Source: Candidatus Poribacteria bacterium
GTDB lineage: Bacteria > Poribacteria > WGA-4E > GCA-2687025
Assembly: GCA_963665845.2 (NCBI GenBank)
Contig: OY762492.1
Span: 2,624,001-2,688,000 of the forward strand
Length of the DNA: 64,000 nucleotides
Direction of reading: 5' to 3'
The position numbers and the translations under genes are program-made. Of this stretch, positions 7,929 to 17,855 are shown one piece after another. Position 1 is the first letter of the stretch, and every line of letters starts with the position of its first letter. The notes under the pieces were generated by a model, which saw nothing but the letters and a program-made list of their open reading frames with translations, was not told where the DNA came from and made no database searches.

Positions 7929-10670
7929 ATGAGCGAATCGGAACGTTCTCCCGCCGGGCGCCTTTTTTTGATCGACGGAATGGCGTTGATCTACCGCGGA
8001 TTTCATGCGATGAAAAACAGGGCGCGGCGAGCCTCCACCGGCTTGTACACCTCCGCCCTTTTCGTCTGCGCCAACACGATTCAGCATATTCTTGACAAGG
8101 AAGATCCGACGCATATCGCGGTCGCCATGGACACGCCGGAGCCGACCCACCGGCATCAGATGTACGAGGAGTACAAGGCGCACAGGGAGGATATGCCGGA
8201 GCAGCTGGAGATGGAGCTGCCGTATATCAACCGCCTGTTTGAAAGTTACCGCATACCGATTTTGAAGATGCCGGGCTACGAGGCGGACGATCTGATCGGA
8301 ACGCTTGCCGCGCAGGCGGAAAAAGAGGGGTTAGAGACCTACATGGTCACCCCCGACAAAGATTTTGAGCAGCTGGTCTCCGACCGCGTTTTTGTTTATA
8401 AACCGAGATGGGGCGGCGGCGGATACGATGTGGTGGGCGAAGCGGAGGTGCGCGAGAAATGGGCGGTTGACCAACCCGATCAAGTGCGCGACATGCTCGC
8501 TCTCATGGGCGACTCCAGCGACAACGTCCCCGGCGTCCCCGGCATCGGCATCAAGACGGCGCAGAAACTGATTGGCATCTACGGCTCCGTCGAAGGGCTG
8601 CTGGAGAATGTGGACCAGCTGAAAGGCAAGCAGAAAGAGAATGTCGAGACGAACGCCGATAAAGCGCGGCTCTCCAAAACGCTTGTTACCATTGACCGGG
8701 AGGCGCCTGTCGAGACCAGCATAGAAGCGCTGGCGCGGCAGGAGATGGACGAGGCGCGGCTCAAGCGGCTCTTTGCGGAGGTGGAGTTTCGGACGCTCGG
8801 CAGGCGCATGTTTGGCGACGATTTTGAAGCTGCGGTTGAAGAAGAGGCGCCCCCCTCCAAAACGATCGACGAGGTTGAGCATGCGTATGAACTCGCGGAC
8901 ACGGAAGAAAAACGCGCGGAACTGATCGAACGCATCATGAACGCGGACGCCGTCTGCTTCGACCTGGAAACGACAGGGCTGAACGCCCGCCGCTGCGACA
9001 TCGTCGGCGCCGCCTTTTCGATGGAGCCGAAAACGGGCTTCTATATGCCGTTTCCGCATGAACGCGCTGAATACATGCCCATCTTAGAGCGGCTGCGCCC
9101 GTTTTTTCAAAGCGAACAGATACAGAAGGTCGGGCATAACCTGAAATACGACATGAGCGTCCTGGCATGGCATGGCATGGAGGCGCGCGGTCCCGTCTTT
9201 GACACGATGCTGGCGGCGCATCTGGCGGAGCCGAATATGCGGCGAAGCATGGATAACCTGTCGGAGAAACTTCTGGAGTATAAGCCCGTTTCCATCTCGA
9301 CGCTTATCGGCGAACGCGGCGGAGAGCAGAAATCGATGCGCGAGATTCCTGTTGAGTTGGTGAAAGAGTACGCTGTCGAGGACGCGGACATCGCGCTTCA
9401 GCTGCGCGGAGAGCTGGAGCCGCGCCTAAAAGAGATGCGGCAGGAGCAGGTGTTTTATGAGGTGGAATGCCCGCTGGTCGCCGTTCTGGCGTCGATGGAG
9501 AAGGAGGGGATCCGGCTGGACGCCTCCGTTCTGGAGCGGCTGTCGGAGAAGCTGGGGGATCAGATTCGGGAATCGGAAGCGCGCATCTACGATCTGGCGG
9601 GTGAAAATTTCAACATGAACTCGCCCAAACAGGTCGGCGAGATTCTTTTTGGAAAAATGAAGATCGTCGAAAACGCCAAGCGCACCCGCACGGGTCAATA
9701 TCAGACGAGCGAGCGAATCCTCTCCCGCCTCGCCCCGCAGCATGAAATTGTCCAGCAGATACTGGATTATCGGGAGGCGCTGAAGCTGAAGTCGGTTTAT
9801 GTTGACACGCTGCCGCATACGGTGGACAAGAACACGGGGCGCGTTCACACGCATTATGAGCAGGCGGTCACGGCGACGGGGCGCATGCAGTCGAGCGGGC
9901 CGAACCTTCAAAACATACCTGTTCGGACGCCGCTTGGTCAGGAGATACGGAAAGCGTTTGTGCCGCGCAGCCCCGATTTTGCGCTGTTGTCGGCAGACTA
10001 TTCGCAGATTGAACTGCGGCTTGCGGCGGAGCTGAGCCAGGACGAAGCGATGCTGGCGGCGTTCCGCAACGGCGAGGACATCCATTCCGCCACCGCCGCG
10101 CGCATCTATTCGACCGATCAGGACAGCGTCACGCGCGAGATGCGCGACAGGGCAAAAATGGTCAACTTCGGCATACTGTACGGCATCTCGGCGTTCGGGC
10201 TGTCGCAGCGGTTGAACGCGCCCAAGAGCGAGGCGGGCGAGCTGATCGACAATTATTTTGCGCAATACCCCGGCGTTCGGCGGTATATGGACGAGACGGT
10301 CGAGTTCGCCAAAGAGCATGGGTATGTGGAAACGATCAAGGGGCGGCGCCGGTATCTGCGCGACATCAACTCCGCCAACGCGACGCAGCGCGGCGCCGCG
10401 GAACGCAACGCCATCAACAGCCGAATACAAGGCTCCGCCGCCGACATGATCAAGATCGCCATGAGCAGAATACACCGCGAAATGAGCGAACGCGGGCTTG
10501 AAACGCGCATGCTTCTGCAGGTGCATGACGAACTGGTGTTCGATATGCGCCTCGGCGAGGAGGAGATCGTGAAGCCGCTCATCGAAACGGCGATGGCGGA
10601 AGCGCTCCCGGTGAGCGTTCCGATCGTCGTGGAGATGGGCGTCGGCGACAACTGGCTAGAGGCGCATTGA
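7929..10670 (+). CDS. polA: DNA polymerase I
   Basis: 5'-3' exonuclease (LIDG, YKAHR, GYEADD, GDSSDNVPGVPGIG), 3'-5' exonuclease (FDLETT, GHNLKYD) and polymerase motifs ADYSQIELR, AKMVNFGILYG and QVHDEL. Confidence 0.98.
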   Translation: MSESERSPAGRLFLIDGMALIYRGFHAMKNRARRASTGLYTSALFVCANTIQHILDKEDPTHIAVAMDTPEPTHRHQMYEEYKAHREDMPEQLEMELPYINRLFESYRIPILKMPGYEADDLIGTLAAQAEKEGLETYMVTPDKDFEQLVSDRVFVYKPRWGGGGYDVVGEAEVREKWAVDQPDQVRDMLALMGDSSDNVPGVPGIGIKTAQKLIGIYGSVEGLLENVDQLKGKQKENVETNADKARLSKTLVTIDREAPVETSIEALARQEMDEARLKRLFAEVEFRTLGRRMFGDDFEAAVEEEAPPSKTIDEVEHAYELADTEEKRAELIERIMNADAVCFDLETTGLNARRCDIVGAAFSMEPKTGFYMPFPHERAEYMPILERLRPFFQSEQIQKVGHNLKYDMSVLAWHGMEARGPVFDTMLAAHLAEPNMRRSMDNLSEKLLEYKPVSISTLIGERGGEQKSMREIPVELVKEYAVEDADIALQLRGELEPRLKEMRQEQVFYEVECPLVAVLASMEKEGIRLDASVLERLSEKLGDQIRESEARIYDLAGENFNMNSPKQVGEILFGKMKIVENAKRTRTGQYQTSERILSRLAPQHEIVQQILDYREALKLKSVYVDTLPHTVDKNTGRVHTHYEQAVTATGRMQSSGPNLQNIPVRTPLGQEIRKAFVPRSPDFALLSADYSQIELRLAAELSQDEAMLAAFRNGEDIHSATAARIYSTDQDSVTREMRDRAKMVNFGILYGISAFGLSQRLNAPKSEAGELIDNYFAQYPGVRRYMDETVEFAKEHGYVETIKGRRRYLRDINSANATQRGAAERNAINSRIQGSAADMIKIAMSRIHREMSERGLETRMLLQVHDELVFDMRLGEEEIVKPLIETAMAEALPVSVPIVVEMGVGDNWLEAH

Positions 10671-10675
10671 CCGCT

Positions 10676-10846
10676 CCGATTCCCCTTGAAAAGCGGCGCG
10701 CCTATGATTCCCCCTTGAAAAGCGGCGCGCCTATGATTCCCCCTTTAAAAAGGAGCGCGTCTCCGATTCCCCCCTTGAAAAGGGGGGCTAGGGGGGTTTT
10801 CAGCGCCGCAAGAAAACTCTGGATTCCCGCTTACGCGGGAATGACG
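10676..10846. repeat. Four ~29-bp GATTCCCC(C)TTGAAAAG tandem units plus a dRS3-like palindrome, between convergent genes
   Basis: GATTCCCC starts at 10678, 10706, 10735 and 10765. ATTCCC-N8-GGGAAT lies at 10823-10842. Confidence 0.85.
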
Positions 10847-11415
10847 CCGCGCGGCCCGGGCGCTAAAAAGGCGGCGAGCCTGTAAAGGTCCGCCAGATCG
10901 TCTCTCCCCGCGCCGCGAAGAACCGCCTCCGCCTCGCAAAGCGGCAGCGCGGCAACCTGCGCAATCTGTTCAGCCCCCGGCGGATTGGTCGGCGGGGAGA
11001 CCAGCCGCCCTTCCGCCAACGCAACCGCCCGATAAAAGATCGGATGCGGCACATGCGCCTGATGCGGACGCGGCATGGTCGACTCGCACCGCCATGCGCC
11101 AAAGAAACGCGGCTGGCGGAGACAGCAGCCCGCCTCTTCCATCAGCTCGCGCCGCGCCGCCGCGGTCAACGACTCGCCAGGCTCTCTCGTTCCGCCCGGC
11201 ATTGTCCACCGCCCGTCCTGAAACTGAACAGCGATCCACTGCCCGTCAATCCGCGCCGCTATGTTGACGCATGCGATCCGCCTGCGCGGAACGCCTTTTA
11301 AACCGAGCTGGAAACGGACGCGCGCGACCCCCCAGTCGGTCTCTGAAAACAGACGGGGGTAGTTTGCCGCGTTCACCCGCTGAAGCGCCTCCTTCGAGAA
11401 GACAGGCAGGCTCAA
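10831..11415 (-). CDS. NUDIX hydrolase
   Basis: Nudix box PGGTREPGESLTAAARRELMEEAG. Confidence 0.85.
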   Translation of the reverse strand: MSLPVFSKEALQRVNAANYPRLFSETDWGVARVRFQLGLKGVPRRRIACVNIAARIDGQWIAVQFQDGRWTMPGGTREPGESLTAAARRELMEEAGCCLRQPRFFGAWRCESTMPRPHQAHVPHPIFYRAVALAEGRLVSPPTNPPGAEQIAQVAALPLCEAEAVLRGAGRDDLADLYRLAAFLAPGPRGVIPA

Positions 11416-11549
11416 CTGATCTTACGTCTTTAGTTGGGACATGGCGGCATGCGAAAGCAGACGGCGTCTTCGACGCCTAAGATTCCCGCACGTTTTACCG
11501 CAGGGGCGGGAATGACGATACGGCGTCCCAACTTTAGGCATGAGGTCTG
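11416..11549. mobile_element. MITE-like element (short copy) of the CTGACC...AGTTGGGACA family
   Basis: Left end CTGATCTTACGTCTTTAGTTGGGACA, right end CGTCCCAACTTTAGGCATGAGGTCTG, and internal ATTCCC-N20-GGGAAT. Confidence 0.7.
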
Positions 11550-11551
11550 GT

Positions 11552-12967
11552 TCAACTCTCGACAAACTGGGGGCGTCCGATGGCGTCCGTGCCGCCTTTG
11601 CGCGAGTAGATCGGAATGCGCCCGCCGGCGTCTGCCAGGATGCGCTCCTGCGCCAGTTTGATTCGATCCGGCGCCGACTCGGCGATGTTCCGCTCCAGCC
11701 CCGCGTCCGCCTCTAGATCAAACGCGCGCGGGTTTGAAAAGTCGGCGGCGCTGAAATACCAGGTTGTTGCGTCGCGGTGCCAGACAAAGTTGCCGTATCG
11801 ACAGGTGAGATAGTCGCGCGCTTCAAACCCGTTCGTACCCTCCATGAGAGGAAGCAGGCTCTGTCCATGGACTTCCCCGCCGGGCGTCAATCCGGTCGCG
11901 TCGAAGGTGGTCGCCGGCACATCGACCGTATAGACCATCTCATCGACCGTCGTTCCCGCGCCGCGACCTTCCGGGTGGCGCGCGATGAGCGGAATGTCCA
12001 TCGTCCCGCGGTTCATGTAGCTTGCCGGCTTGCCCGTTACCCTGTTGGCGTTGTCGGCAAAGTTGGTCCCATGGTCGCTCAAAAAATAGACCAGCGTTGA
12101 ATCTGTCAGGGCGAGGCGGTCCAGCGCGTCCAGCAGCTTCCCGAACCATGCGTCCACTAAAGAGCAGAGGCCCGCGTAGTTGGCGCGTATGCTCGGCAGC
12201 TGACGCTCCACGACGGAGCCTTCCTTGACGGGTCCGTATGGAACCGTGATGCAGATCGGCTCCCGCTGCTCGCGCGTTCCGTAAAGGTCGTAGTAATGGA
12301 TCGGCGCTTCCCAGGTCTCATGCGGGGTGAAGCTGTCGACGTAAAGATAAAACGGCGTGTTGACCGCGTTCTGCTCAATGAACTGTATCGCGCTTCGGAA
12401 GGTGCGCGCTGTCGGCCAGGTCTCTTCGGGCTGCTCAGGTTGAACATTCACCAGATGCGCTCGGATGCGCCCTTCCCCGCCGTTGTATCGGGAGAGCAGC
12501 GAAGCGTCCGCATGGGCGGGCGCGCCGTATCGGTCTTCCGCCTGCCCGCGCACATACTCCCATTGATGAAAGCCGCGCGTGAAGTTCATCCCCGGCACAA
12601 AGTAGTGGGGAACGTCGCCAAAAAAGCCGGTGTGGTACCCGTTTCGGGCAAGCGTCTCGGCGACGGTCGTTTCGTCGTGCGACATCGGCTGCCAGCCGGG
12701 GAGATAGACGCTGCCCCATGGCATGGTCGTGTAGTCGTTGAACGGAAAGGCGCGGCGTCCGCTGTGGAGCGTGCGCCGGGTCGGTATGGTCGGCAGGCAT
12801 TCGGGGTGGGCGCGCGTGAACAGGACGCCCTGCTGGGCGAATTTGTCCAGGTTGGGCGTTCGCACCCAGTCGTTGCCGTAGGCGCCGATGTAGCCGTTGC
12901 GGAAGGTGTCCGCCACCACAACGACGATGTTCCAACGCCGTTTCGTTTCTTGCTTTTCTGCGCTCAT
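11552..12967 (-). CDS. Sulfatase/alkaline-phosphatase superfamily hydrolase
   Basis: Motifs NIVVVVADTFR, RTPNLDKFA, TIPTRRTLHSGR, PHETW and LSDHG. RBS GAAAGGAG favours the ATG at 12967. Confidence 0.85.
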   Translation of the reverse strand: MSAEKQETKRRWNIVVVVADTFRNGYIGAYGNDWVRTPNLDKFAQQGVLFTRAHPECLPTIPTRRTLHSGRRAFPFNDYTTMPWGSVYLPGWQPMSHDETTVAETLARNGYHTGFFGDVPHYFVPGMNFTRGFHQWEYVRGQAEDRYGAPAHADASLLSRYNGGEGRIRAHLVNVQPEQPEETWPTARTFRSAIQFIEQNAVNTPFYLYVDSFTPHETWEAPIHYYDLYGTREQREPICITVPYGPVKEGSVVERQLPSIRANYAGLCSLVDAWFGKLLDALDRLALTDSTLVYFLSDHGTNFADNANRVTGKPASYMNRGTMDIPLIARHPEGRGAGTTVDEMVYTVDVPATTFDATGLTPGGEVHGQSLLPLMEGTNGFEARDYLTCRYGNFVWHRDATTWYFSAADFSNPRAFDLEADAGLERNIAESAPDRIKLAQERILADAGGRIPIYSRKGGTDAIGRPQFVES

Positions 12968-12978
12968 GTCGGCTCCTT

Positions 12979-13734
12979 TCAACGCTGCCCGTAGTAGGTT
13001 CGCGGTCGGTAGTCGGAGGCTTCTGTTCGGTTCTGGCGCGGTCGGCTGTTTCTGGGGGGCGCTCCGCCTTCCATTTCAAACGCGTACGCCGCATGTCGAA
13101 ACAGGACGACGGAGGGCGATTTTTTGCCGAGGCGCATCTTGATCTCAAAATAGCTGTACCAGTCGATCCAGCCGTCAAACACCTCTCCGCCGCGCATGGT
13201 GACGCGGATGAGCCGTTCTTTTTTTCGGGCAAAGGCGAGATGGCGCGTGTCGATGCGAAAGCGCTGGGAGCGCGCCTTGATCGGCTGCAGACGCTCGCCG
13301 CGCACCCGTTCATTGTACCGTATGCCGCGTTGGACGGCGGTTTCATCCGCCTTTTTATACATGTACTTAATGGGCAGTTTGTTGAGCCGTTCGATGTCGC
13401 CGTTCGCCTTCAGGTCTAGGTCGTAGCAAAGTCGCCGCGCGATGACCGCTTCAACGGGTCCTTCGTATGTTTCAAAGACCATCGGCGTTTGAAGATGAAT
13501 CTGCTTGTCAACATAGAGGCGTCCGAACCCTTCGCGTTTTTTTCGGCGCTCTTTGGCGGAGTAGGGCGCGCGTTTTCCGCGGGCGGGTCGGCGCGCGTTT
13601 GCCGGACGGGTCGGCCGGGAAGAGGATCGGTATGGGGTTTCCGCGCCGTCGGGACGGGAGGGGCGCGACGAGGACGATCGGTCAGGCGTCCATACGCGAG
13701 TTGTGGAGCGGTATCGTTTTGGTCGGTCGTTCAT
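12979..13734 (-). CDS. Basic protein with an Hfq/LSm-like domain (possibly two) and Arg-rich tails
   Basis: C-terminal ARKKERLIRVTMRGGEVFDGWIDWYSYFEI...VVLFRHA resembles Hfq Sm1/Sm2 (YKHA). Both termini are low-complexity and R/P/S-rich. Confidence 0.6.
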   Translation of the reverse strand: MNDRPKRYRSTTRVWTPDRSSSSRPSRPDGAETPYRSSSRPTRPANARRPARGKRAPYSAKERRKKREGFGRLYVDKQIHLQTPMVFETYEGPVEAVIARRLCYDLDLKANGDIERLNKLPIKYMYKKADETAVQRGIRYNERVRGERLQPIKARSQRFRIDTRHLAFARKKERLIRVTMRGGEVFDGWIDWYSYFEIKMRLGKKSPSVVLFRHAAYAFEMEGGAPPRNSRPRQNRTEASDYRPRTYYGQR

Positions 13735-13832
13735 GGTTTAGGCGGCAGAGGCTGCCTTCCTCCTTTCCGCAAGTCTTGCCTTCAAAGCGCGATCACTATA
13801 CCCCATCCGTTTCCGCTGCGCAACCTCTTAAC

Positions 13833-14043
13833 CTGACCTCATGCTGAAAGTTGGGACAGTTGAACGACCAAAGCCTTTATTCATGGGAAAAGGCGCCGCC
13901 AACCAGACCGTCCCCCGCTTCCCCGTTTTCACGAGGACATGCCCGCGAGGACATGCATTCCCGCGCAAGCGGGAATCCAGAGTCAACCCCGAAACCGTCT
14001 GCGTTCACAACCAGAATTGTCCCAACTTTAGGCGTCAGGTCAG
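13833..14043. mobile_element. MITE-like element with ~26-bp imperfect TIRs
   Basis: CTGACCTCATGCTGAAAGTTGGGACA ... TGTCCCAACTTTAGGCGTCAGGTCAG, with an internal dRS3-like palindrome and no credible ORF. Confidence 0.8.
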
Positions 14044-14055
14044 AGGAACGCGCCT

Positions 14056-14084
14056 TTGACATGAAAGCGCATGCCGGCTACACT
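14056..14084 (+). promoter_or_regulatory. Sigma70-type promoter of tRNA-Arg
   Basis: TTGACA-N17-TACACT, ending 11 bp before the tRNA. Confidence 0.8.
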
Positions 14085-14095
14085 ATACCCAGGAT

Positions 14096-14169
14096 GCGCC
14101 CGTAGCTCAGTTGGATAGAGCAGGAGTTTCCTAAACTTCAGGTCACAGGTTCGAGTCCTGTCGGGCGCG
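14096..14169 (+). tRNA. tRNA-Arg(CCT)
   Basis: Acceptor stem GCGCCCG/CGGGCGC, D arm AGCTCAGTTGGATAGAGC, anticodon loop TTCCTAA, T loop GGTTCGAGTCC. CCA is not encoded. Confidence 0.95.
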
Positions 14170-14199
14170 CGCTCCTTTATATAAGGGCTATATACGCGC

Positions 14200-14397
14200 T
14201 TATGAATCGTCCGCCTCGTCCGTTTCCGCGTCCGCGCTTTTGTAGATGAACACCGCGGCGGCGGTCAACCCTAACACAAAAAGAACCGTCAGCGCCGCCG
14301 CCAACCCCCTCCGATCAACCAGCTGCTTGAAATCCGCCTCATGATGCGGAATCAAGGTGTCATGCGCATGCAGCTCCAGCGCGGTAAGCAGCGTCAT
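14200..14397 (-). CDS. Small single-TM membrane protein (65 aa)
   Basis: The ATG overlaps the stop of the upstream PBP (TAATG). Hydrophobic helix GLAAALTVLFVLGLTAAAVFIY, followed by an acidic tail. Confidence 0.55.
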   Translation of the reverse strand: MTLLTALELHAHDTLIPHHEADFKQLVDRRGLAAALTVLFVLGLTAAAVFIYKSADAETDEADDS

Positions 14398-16675
14398 TAT
14401 TGCGCCGAGGGCGCCGGCAGCGGCGGCGGCGAGGAGGGCGCGGGAAACGATCCCTGCGGCTCTTCCACGACCGATTTCATAAACTCGACCCATATCGGCA
14501 GCGCTCCTTCAGAACCTGAACGGCGAACCCTGTTGGATCGGTCGTCAAAACCGATCCAGACGCCGGCGGCGTAACGCGGCGTGAAACCGATGAACCATGC
14601 GTCGGCGTAGCCGGAGGTGGTGCCGGTCTTGCCGCCTGCCGGCTCATTGAAACCGTACATAAAACGCGCCCGCCGCGCGGTGCCGCCCGATATGTCCAGA
14701 ACGCCGCGAAGCGTCTCCAGCGACATCTCCGCCGCTTCGGTCGAGAGGGCGCGCTTCCGCTTCGGGGCGTACTCGTCCATAACGCGGTTCACATCGCGCA
14801 GCGGCGTCACATACAGAACCTCCATCGGCGCGACGCGGTAACCGCCGTTCGCAAACGCGGCGTACGAGGCGGTCATCTCCAGCGGCGTCGCCTCCGCCGT
14901 GCCGAGCGCGATGGACGGATGCGGTCCGATCGGCGACGCGATGCCGAGATTCCGCGCCGTCTGAACGACCGTCTCGACGTCCAGCCGCTCATTCAGGAGG
15001 CGCGCTGTCGGGATATTCAGCGACCGAATCAGCGCCGTTTTGAGGTCCACCTCGCCCAGATACTCGTTGCGCGTGTAATTTTCAGGCGTCCAGCCGTTGA
15101 ACGACCATGGCTCATCGATGATCGTGTCGGAGGGGCGCATGCCGTTTTCCCATGCTGCCGCATACACGATCGGTTTGAACGCCGACCCCGGCTGCCGCCG
15201 CCCCTGCGTTACATGGTTGAACGGGAGAACGCTCCAGTCGCGTCCGCCCGCCATCGCGGCGATCCGCCCCGTTTCCACATCCAGCGCGACGATGCATCCG
15301 CGCACATAGTCGGTCAAGGGGCGGGCGGGGTTTTCTCCCGCTTTATGCTTTTTCAGCTCTTCGCTGAAATCGGGGTATCCCAGAAACTGATCCAGCTCCT
15401 TCAAACCCGCCAGCAAGACGCGGTCGGCGTCCTCCTGCAGCAGCGGGTCAAGCGTCGTATAGACGCGCATTCCGCGCATATACAGATCCTCTTTGGAGTA
15501 GATCCGCTTTAGGCTCTCTTCGATATGCGCGGCAAAGTAGGGGCGGAATTGTTCGGCGCTTTACGCTTCCGGTCGGAGAGCGTCAGTTCTGTGTTGATCG
15601 CCGCCTCATATTCCGCTTGATCAATATATTCGCGGCGGAGCATCTGTCCGAGGATGAAGTTGCGGCGGCGCGTGGAGGCTTCGGGGTTCGTGACGGGCGA
15701 GAAGGCGGTCGGTCTGTTCGGCAATCCAGCAAGAAGGGCGCACTCGGCAAGCGTCAGCTCGGAGACCTCCTTGTCAAAAAGCAGGCGCGCCGCCTCCCGA
15801 ACGCCGCGCATTTCGCGGTTATACCGTCTGCCGAAATCGACGAAGTTCATGTACCGCTCAAGGATCTGATCTTTTGAAAAACGGCGTTCGATGAGCGTCG
15901 CCAACGCCCATTCGCGCACTTTTCGCGGTATCGTCTTGCCTCGGTTGAGCAGGATATTGCGCGCCAGCTGCTGCGTGATGGTGCTGGCTCCATGCCGTTC
16001 GCCGCGTATCACGTTGGTCGCCATGGTCACCATCAAGCGGCGCACATGGATGCCTGGGTGTTTTTCAAATTCATGGTCTTCGACCGCCAGGATCGCCTCT
16101 TTGAGCTGGTCGGGCGCTTCGTTGAGCGGTATCAATCGGCGGGAGGCGCCGTCGTCTGTGTTGTAAAGTTCCGCCAGCAGCTCCGGTTCCAGGTAGAGAA
16201 CGGAGCGCCGTCCGCCGTCGCCGCCTTGGATGGAGCGCAGAACGCCCTTTTCAAACTGGAGCGTATGCAAGCCTGAAACGGGGCGGAGGCGCGGGAATTC
16301 AAACGGGCGCGTGAAGACCGAGAGGGTTCCGCCGCCGTTTTCCGCCACCTCGTCCATATACATGCCGGGTCCGACGCTTTCCAAGGTTTCCAGCGAGGCG
16401 GGTTCATACTCAAGGCGCGCCAGTCGGCGGCGTATGCGGTTCAAGGGGTCGCCTTCGCGTATTTCGGCAAGGTCGGAGTAGATTTCCGTATGCTGTTTCC
16501 ATATTTTGATTTCGCCGTATTCCAGCTCGCGCAGGTCGGTGGAACCTTCCGGCAAGGTTTCCACAATTTGGTAGATGTAGGTACAGAGCGCGATGGTGCC
16601 GACCATGAGCGCGGCGACGCCGAGAATAAACGCGACCTGAAATGTGCGGAAAACGATCCGGAAAAAACGGCGCAT
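14397..16675 (-). pseudogene. mrcB: Class A penicillin-binding protein (PBP1b-like: TM, UB2H-like, transglycosylase, transpeptidase) split by a 1-bp frameshift near 15540
   Basis: The 5' ORF has EDHEF, GASTITQQLARN and RKVRE. The 3' ORF has QPGSAFKP, SLN and GKTGT. Restoring one C in GCCCC gives the conserved ...SAPYFAAHI...YTTLD junction. Could be a sequencing error. Confidence 0.8.
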
Positions 16676-16745
16676 CTGCCGCGAAGCTCCCAACCCGTAC
16701 GCTTGAGAGTCTACCGCCCCGCCTCCTCCCTGTCAACCTGCTCAT

Positions 16746-17281
16746 CTGACCTCATGCTGAAAGTTGGGACATTTGAACGACCAGAGCCTTTATTCATGAG
16801 AAAAAGGCGCCGCCAACCAAACCGTTCCCCGCTTCCCCGTTTTCACGAGGACATGCCCGCGAGGACATGCATTCCTGCGCAAGCGGGAATCCAGAGGCGA
16901 ACCCGAAACCGCCCGCGTTCACCCCAAGCGTCCGACGGGCCCAAAACGTCATTCCCGCGTAAGCGGGAATCTTAGCCGCCGCGCGCTGTCCGCGCCTGCG
17001 GAAACCTCCCAGCCCCTTACAAAGGGGGAGTTATGGAAGCCCCCCTTGAAAAGGGGGGGTTTGGGGGGTTTTCAGCGTCCCCGAAACCGTTCGCGTTCAC
17101 CCCAAGCGTCCGACGGCCTAAATCGTCATTCCCGCGTAAGCGGGAATCTTAAGGCATCGCCGCCGCCGCTCCCGTCCATTAAACTCCCCCATCCCTCCTT
17201 TTCAAGGGGGGAGTCTAGATGCGCCGCAGAAGACGTCCGCGCTCGCCAAGCGGAATATCCCAACTAAAGACCCAAGGTCAG
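16746..17281. mobile_element. Expanded MITE-like element (536 bp) carrying extra palindromic modules
   Basis: Same TIR pair (CTGACCTCATGCTGAAAGTTGGGACA / TATCCCAACTAAAGACCCAAGGTCAG), enclosing three dRS3-like palindromes and several CCCC..AAGGGG modules. Confidence 0.75.
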
Positions 17282-17291
17282 AGCAAAACGC

Positions 17292-17320
17292 TTTACTTGC
17301 AGCCCGCGGCGAAGTATAAT
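17292..17320 (+). promoter_or_regulatory. Sigma70-type promoter
   Basis: TTTACT-N17-TATAAT upstream of the DUF151 gene. Confidence 0.6.
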
Positions 17321-17385
17321 ATGGTAAAATAGAAGCGTTTATAGACGCGCGACATGCTCACACCGTTAGACGACGAGGCGCTCTC

Positions 17386-17841
17386 ATGCTTTCTGTAGAA
17401 GTTGCATTTCTGTCCAGCGACCCGAAACGGCAGGGGGTCGTGATTTTTCTCAAAACAGAGGACGACGAACGTCTGCTCCCCATACAGATCGGGTTCGCCG
17501 AAGCCTCCGCGATTCACATGAAACTGGAAGGGCTTGAAACGCCCCGCCCGATGACGCATGATCTGATGATGAACCTTGTCGAGACGCTCGGCGGGCGCGT
17601 CAAATCGGTCGCGGTGGAATCGATCCAGGACGGCACCTTTTATGGAATCGTCTATATTGAGCGCGGCGGCGAAACGATTGAGGTCGATTCCCGCCCAAGC
17701 GACGCGATACCGCTGGCGCTCCGAGCCGACGCGCCGATCTATGTCCATGACGATGTGATGGACGAAGCGGGAATTCTGCAGTCGGACATCCAGGCTGTTC
17801 AGGAGGAGCAGGAGCCGAATGAGGACTTCATACGGGTTTGA
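17386..17841 (+). CDS. Bifunctional nuclease family protein (DUF151/BFN)
   Basis: Motifs LPIQIGFAEA, PRPMTHDL and DSRPSDAIPLALR. Confidence 0.92.
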   Translation: MLSVEVAFLSSDPKRQGVVIFLKTEDDERLLPIQIGFAEASAIHMKLEGLETPRPMTHDLMMNLVETLGGRVKSVAVESIQDGTFYGIVYIERGGETIEVDSRPSDAIPLALRADAPIYVHDDVMDEAGILQSDIQAVQEEQEPNEDFIRV

Positions 17842-17855
17842 AACAGGATAAGGCG

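Noticed and set aside
5513-10526. Long antisense ORFs such as 5513..6535 and 9426..10526
   Set aside because: They are shadow ORFs opposite well-supported genes, expected at high GC, with no recognisable motifs.
10667-10939. Small ORFs after polA, and similar ORFs at 13841-14105, 16490-17267, 25486-25692 and 50811-51125
   Set aside because: They lie largely inside repeat or MITE sequence and give the same recurring pseudo-peptides (RHSRVSGN, WIPAYAGMT, PLFKGE).
14398-14493. N-terminal extension of ORF 14200..14493
   Set aside because: It overlaps the conserved PBP C-terminus. The ATG at 14397, coupled to the PBP stop, is more plausible.
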